Assembly: GCA_964558195.1 (NCBI GenBank)
Contig: CAZLCB010000001.1
Location: 1-60,298 of the forward strand
DNA: 60,298 nt
Source of the DNA: an uncultured Gammaproteobacteria bacterium
GTDB taxonomy: Bacteria > Patescibacteriota > Microgenomatia > UBA12405
Direction: 5' to 3'
Shown here piece by piece: positions 56,662 to 60,298 of the stretch. Both the position numbers and the translations under genes were made by a program. The notes beneath the pieces were generated by a model, which was not told where the DNA came from, searched no databases, and saw only the letters and a program-made list of their open reading frames with translations. Each line of letters opens with the position of its first letter. Within the stretch, counting starts at the first letter, position 1.

Positions 56662-56735
56662 CGGGGATTGGCGCAATTGGCTAGCGCGCATGCATGGGGT
56701 GCATGAGGTTGCAGGTTCGAATCCTGTATTCCCGA
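56662..56735 (+). tRNA. tRNA-Pro (anticodon GGG)
   Basis: Hand-folded. Acceptor CGGGGAU/AUUCCCG (C1-G72), D stem GCGC/GCGC, anticodon stem CAUGC/GCAUG with loop AUGGGGU (G37), T arm GCAGG-UUCGAAU-CCUGU. Confidence 0.9.
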
Positions 56736-56783
56736 CAAAGTTTGTACTCAATAGCGTAAGGATGTTCTTTTAAAAAAGGTAGA

Positions 56784-57353
56784 TTACTCCAAAATATGAG
56801 ATGCAGAAAGTTCGATGTTTTTTTGATGTTCTTCGGCTAAATAAACTTTGTTTGATTCTCTGATTATTTTGTAAGTTTCGGTACGATTTAACCAGCCTTT
56901 AACAGTAACATTTTTATTTTCGAGACGTTTATATTCTGAAAAAAAGTGAACTAATTCTTTTAAGAAATGAGGCTCAACATCTTTGAGACTTTTGACATGA
57001 TCATAATTAGGATTTTTGAGAGGTACAGCTAAAACTTTTTCATCATCACCTTGTTCATCAGACATAATTAAAACACCAATTGGTCGAACTTCAATAAGAC
57101 AGCCAGTAAATACAGGGGAATTGGTAATAATCATAACATCTAAGTGATCGCCGTCTTTGGAACGGGTTTGAGGGATAAAGCCATAATCGACCGGATAATG
57201 CATAGGCGAATGTAAAACCCGATCAAGCTTGATGATATCGAGTTTTTCGTCGTATTCATATTTATTATGAGTTTCTTTAGCTATTTCAACAATAGCATTG
57301 ACGGTTTGAGGGGAATTGACTCCTATGGATATGGCAGAATTCATAGTGGTCAT
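56784..57353 (-). CDS. ppa: Inorganic pyrophosphatase (family I)
   Basis: YPVDYGFIPQT and DGDHLDVMII motifs. Confidence 0.9.
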   Translation of the reverse strand: MTTMNSAISIGVNSPQTVNAIVEIAKETHNKYEYDEKLDIIKLDRVLHSPMHYPVDYGFIPQTRSKDGDHLDVMIITNSPVFTGCLIEVRPIGVLIMSDEQGDDEKVLAVPLKNPNYDHVKSLKDVEPHFLKELVHFFSEYKRLENKNVTVKGWLNRTETYKIIRESNKVYLAEEHQKNIELSASHILE

Positions 57354-57442
57354 ATTATAACACTTTGGAACATTAAAACCAAAAAATATATGTATTTAAG
57401 GTGTATCAGGATAAAATCAGTTTGGATGCTCTATAATTAGTC

Positions 57443-58393
57443 ATGGCAGTAAAATTTCAAACAAACGATTTAATTAGAGATGAACATTTTTTGGTATTAA
57501 AAAAAGAAAACAAACAAACCAGTAAAGGTGATGTTTATTATCAATTGGAATTATCGAATAAAGACGGCATAATTGAAGCAAAAATCTGGAATAATAATAT
57601 TCCTCAATGTAACTTGGAACAAGGAAAAATAATTGAAGTTAATGGTAAGACACAAGAATATAATGGTCGGATTAGTTTGATTATTGATAGTTGTCAGATA
57701 GTAACTAGTGAAGATATTAATGAGTATTCCCCTATTACTAAAACAATGGTTTTTGATATTGAAACGGTGGGGAAAAAGTTTGATGAACTTGATGAAGTGG
57801 AACAAGATTATTTAATAAATAATTTGGAAAGAGCGACAGAAGATAAGGAGGAGGCAAAAAAGAAAACTGGTTTGTATGCTATTTTTGGTAAAGTGTGTGC
57901 CATTGGGGCTTATAATCCAGGATCTCAAAAAGGGATCGTGTTGCTGTTGGGAGAAAAAGATTTGACTCCAGAAAAAGAAAATTATACTTACAAAATTTTC
58001 GGAACAGAAAAAGATTTGTTGACGGAATTTTGGCAAATAGCTAAAGAATACGAATTATTTGTAACTTATAACGGCGATAATTTTGATTTTCCTTATTTAA
58101 TAATTCGATCAGGAATTAATCGAGTAAAAGTGCCGTTTGAAGTGAAAAAGTGGGGGTCGGATAAATTTATTGATTTACAAACAAAAATCAGACAAAGTCA
58201 TGGGTATAAGCTGGAAATTTTATGTAAGGCGTTTGGGATAGAAAATCCAAAAGAAGCAGGGGTGCATGGTGGCGATGTAAATGAGTTGTTTGATAATAAA
58301 GATTTTCAAAAAATCGCTGATTATGTGGCTAGAGATGCTTATTCGACAACTCAACTTTATTTGATTTGGAAAGAGTACATGTCAGGAGTTTAG
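57443..58393 (+). CDS. OB-fold plus RNase H-like 3'-5' exonuclease domain protein (PolB-exo/YprB-like)
   Basis: N-terminal OB fold. FDIETVG (ExoI), YNGDNFDFPYL (ExoII) and YVARDAYST (ExoIII) are present. Confidence 0.65.
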   Translation: MAVKFQTNDLIRDEHFLVLKKENKQTSKGDVYYQLELSNKDGIIEAKIWNNNIPQCNLEQGKIIEVNGKTQEYNGRISLIIDSCQIVTSEDINEYSPITKTMVFDIETVGKKFDELDEVEQDYLINNLERATEDKEEAKKKTGLYAIFGKVCAIGAYNPGSQKGIVLLLGEKDLTPEKENYTYKIFGTEKDLLTEFWQIAKEYELFVTYNGDNFDFPYLIIRSGINRVKVPFEVKKWGSDKFIDLQTKIRQSHGYKLEILCKAFGIENPKEAGVHGGDVNELFDNKDFQKIADYVARDAYSTTQLYLIWKEYMSGV

Positions 58394-58429
58394 ATTATCA
58401 GCTTGTCAGTTAAGACAATAAAAATAAAT

Positions 58430-58657
58430 ATGAAAAATAAAAAAACAGAAGATCGATCCAGATATCAGTCAAGACCTCATCGGGACGATCAATCAGAATT
58501 TAATTTAAATATTAATGACGATCGAAAATATCATTTAGATTTTGAAATTATAGATTTAAGAGAACAAAAAAGACCGGAAAGATTAGTAAAAACTGCCAGG
58601 AAGAATTTGAAGAAAGTTATTTTACACCGAATTAACGGTAAAATCGGTGAGTGTTAG
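58430..58657 (+). CDS. Small basic hypothetical protein
   Basis: ATG at 58430 inside ORF 58403..58657. No family recognised. Confidence 0.4.
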   Translation: MKNKKTEDRSRYQSRPHRDDQSEFNLNINDDRKYHLDFEIIDLREQKRPERLVKTARKNLKKVILHRINGKIGEC

Positions 58658-59382
58658 AGAGTAAAGAAAAGTAAAAAACTAAGCAGAATTACATAAACAC
58701 TGAAATACCAAAACTTTCTATTGACGGTAATTTTTTGAAAAACAGAAAGAATAAAAACACCAGCGATTGAAGTAAGAATAAAAGTTAGAATATTATTGAG
58801 AGTAATAAAATTTGAAGAGATAATATCTTTGGCACTAAGTAAAATTGCCCCGGCAGTGGCGGGAATAAATAAACTGAAAGAAAAATTGAAAGCGGCTTGA
58901 GGAGAAAGACCAAGTAAAAGTGCCGAAAAAATAGTACAACCAGAACGAGAAACTCCTGGAAGAATGGCTAAGGCTTGAAAAATACCAATAATGAAGGCAG
59001 AAAGATAATTTAAAGATTTATTTTTGGCGGGAATAAATTTGGTGGAAAAAACCAAAATACCGGTGAAAAGAAAAAAGAAAGGTAAAAGTTGTGGGGCACC
59101 AGCCAAGGATTCGATTTGGTCTTTAAATAAAACACCAACTAACGCTGCTGGAATAGAACCAACAATAATATATTTCAAATTATCAAAAAAATATTTTATT
59201 TGATGACGGAAAAAGAAAATAACGGAAATAAAAGTAGCAGCGTGAAGAAAAATATCAAAATCAAGAGATGGAGTTAATTTAAAAAAATGTTGGAATAAAT
59301 TAAGATGGCCATCGGAAGAGATAGGTAAAAATTCACTAATAGCTTGAACAAGACCGAGGATGAGGGATTGAATAAGAGTCAT
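58654..59382 (-). CDS. uppP: Undecaprenyl-diphosphatase
   Basis: ATG at 59382 (MTLIQSLILGLVQAISEFLPISSDGHL). PGVSRSG motif present. The longer ORF to 59526 runs through the rpsI terminator. Confidence 0.9.
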   Translation of the reverse strand: MTLIQSLILGLVQAISEFLPISSDGHLNLFQHFFKLTPSLDFDIFLHAATFISVIFFFRHQIKYFFDNLKYIIVGSIPAALVGVLFKDQIESLAGAPQLLPFFFLFTGILVFSTKFIPAKNKSLNYLSAFIIGIFQALAILPGVSRSGCTIFSALLLGLSPQAAFNFSFSLFIPATAGAILLSAKDIISSNFITLNNILTFILTSIAGVFILSVFQKITVNRKFWYFSVYVILLSFLLFFTL

Positions 59383-59392
59383 GAGGTAATTA

Positions 59393-59427
59393 TAACCAAA
59401 AACCCTCCAAAATGGATTGGAGGGTTT
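59393..59427 (-). terminator. Intrinsic terminator of rplM-rpsI
   Basis: On the minus strand: aaccctcca atccatt ttggagggtt followed by tttggtt. Confidence 0.7.
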
Positions 59428-59446
59428 GAAGTATAAATACAAAGGC

Positions 59447-59857
59447 TTAACGCTTTGGAGACTGCTTTTGGCGTCGTGATTTACCACCAGTACCAACCAT
59501 ACGGCGTTCCTTAACTCGAGAATCAACAGTCAAAAGACCATTAGTTCGAAGATCGGATTTGAAAGTGTCGTTAATTTTGACTAAACAACGAGAAATAGCT
59601 AAGCTAAGAGCTTGAACTTGACCAGTTTTACCACCACCAATAATTTTAGCTTGGAAATGATATTTACCAGTAGTTTTGGTAATTTCGAATGGTTTATCAA
59701 AAACAATTTTTTCGGTTTTGGTGGGAAAATATTTTTCTAAAGAAAGACCGTTGACAGTAGAATCACCTTTGCCGGAGAATAATTTAATGGTAGCAACAGC
59801 ACTTTTACGACGACCAAGAGATCGAGTGTAAGAATTTTTTGAAGTAGTTTTTGCCAT
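59447..59857 (-). CDS. rpsI: 30S ribosomal protein S9
   Basis: GGGKTGQVQA and a C-terminal ...KSRRQKQSPKR. Confidence 0.95.
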   Translation of the reverse strand: MAKTTSKNSYTRSLGRRKSAVATIKLFSGKGDSTVNGLSLEKYFPTKTEKIVFDKPFEITKTTGKYHFQAKIIGGGKTGQVQALSLAISRCLVKINDTFKSDLRTNGLLTVDSRVKERRMVGTGGKSRRQKQSPKR

Positions 59858-59859
59858 AA

Positions 59860-60276
59860 TTATTTTGTTAATTTGTCAGCGTATGGATGATCAGCACCAA
59901 CGAAAACTTTTAAACGAGTAATTCGGATATCTCGAAGTTTATTTTTTGGAATCATACCATAAACACCACGAATAATGACTTGTCGAGAATCTTTTTGCAT
60001 CATTTCGGCTAAAGTTAATTCTTTAAGACCGCCAGCCCAGTGAGTGTGATGGCGATACATTTTTTCTTTGAGTTTAGAACCAGTAGTTTGAATTTTGTCG
60101 GCATTGATGGCAACAACATAATCACCATCATCACGATGATAAGAAAATGCTGGTTTATCTTTACCTATAAGAATTTGGGCAATTTGAGTGCAAACTCGGC
60201 CTAAAGTTTGATCTTGAAGATCAATTAGGTGCCAATTTCGTTTGACTTGATTACCTTTAACAACAGTGGTTTTCAT
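59860..60276 (-). CDS. rplM: 50S ribosomal protein L13
   Basis: WHLIDLQDQTLGRV...IAQILIGKDKP matches the L13 N-terminus. RBS aggaga lies upstream. Confidence 0.95.
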   Translation of the reverse strand: MKTTVVKGNQVKRNWHLIDLQDQTLGRVCTQIAQILIGKDKPAFSYHRDDGDYVVAINADKIQTTGSKLKEKMYRHHTHWAGGLKELTLAEMMQKDSRQVIIRGVYGMIPKNKLRDIRITRLKVFVGADHPYADKLTK

Positions 60277-60298
60277 TATTTAGTCTCCTTTTTTTCAG

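Noticed and set aside
1-60298. Search for CRISPR arrays, cas genes, transposases, integrases, prophage or restriction-modification/defence islands.
   Set aside because: I saw no direct-repeat/spacer arrays and no ORF with recognisable Cas, transposase (DDE), recombinase, phage structural or restriction-modification motifs. The only repeats are the short palindromic elements and the TCAG arrays reported above.

Overview
This is a 60.3-kb AT-rich bacterial segment, roughly one-third GC by eye. It is densely packed with housekeeping genes, mostly on the minus strand. Identified genes include lon, argS, gltX, aspS, era, obg, ychF, rlmN, trmD, miaA, cca, dus, recA-recX, recJ, rny, hup, secDF, pyk, ppa, uppP, rpsI-rplM and a frameshifted nadE. 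RNA genes are tRNA-Gln(CUG), tRNA-Pro(GGG) and a compact RNase P RNA. The gene content (RRM proteins, RGG zinc-ribbon protein, many small hypotheticals, SipW/TasA-like surface cluster) looks like Candidate Phyla Radiation/Patescibacteria, but that is inference only. I found no CRISPR array, transposase, integrase, prophage or recognisable defence genes. The main anomaly is a ~0.73-kb GC-rich (55% by hand count), ORF-poor island at 23.34-24.08 kb beside an Erm-type rRNA methyltransferase. It carries many stable helices and a 16S-like anti-Shine-Dalgarno tail, so I call it a large structured ncRNA of unknown class with unresolved strand. Other notable points:
- a GC-rich foreign-looking gene bracketed by perfect 15-bp inverted repeats (1.4-1.94 kb);
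- a family of small CCCTC...GAGGG palindromic elements, three of them in frame inside conserved genes (similar to Rickettsia palindromic elements);
- phased NNNNTCAG octamer arrays sharing a 21-nt exact core at two loci;
- a SipW/TasA-like fibre cluster with LTD, VanZ and CAP proteins.
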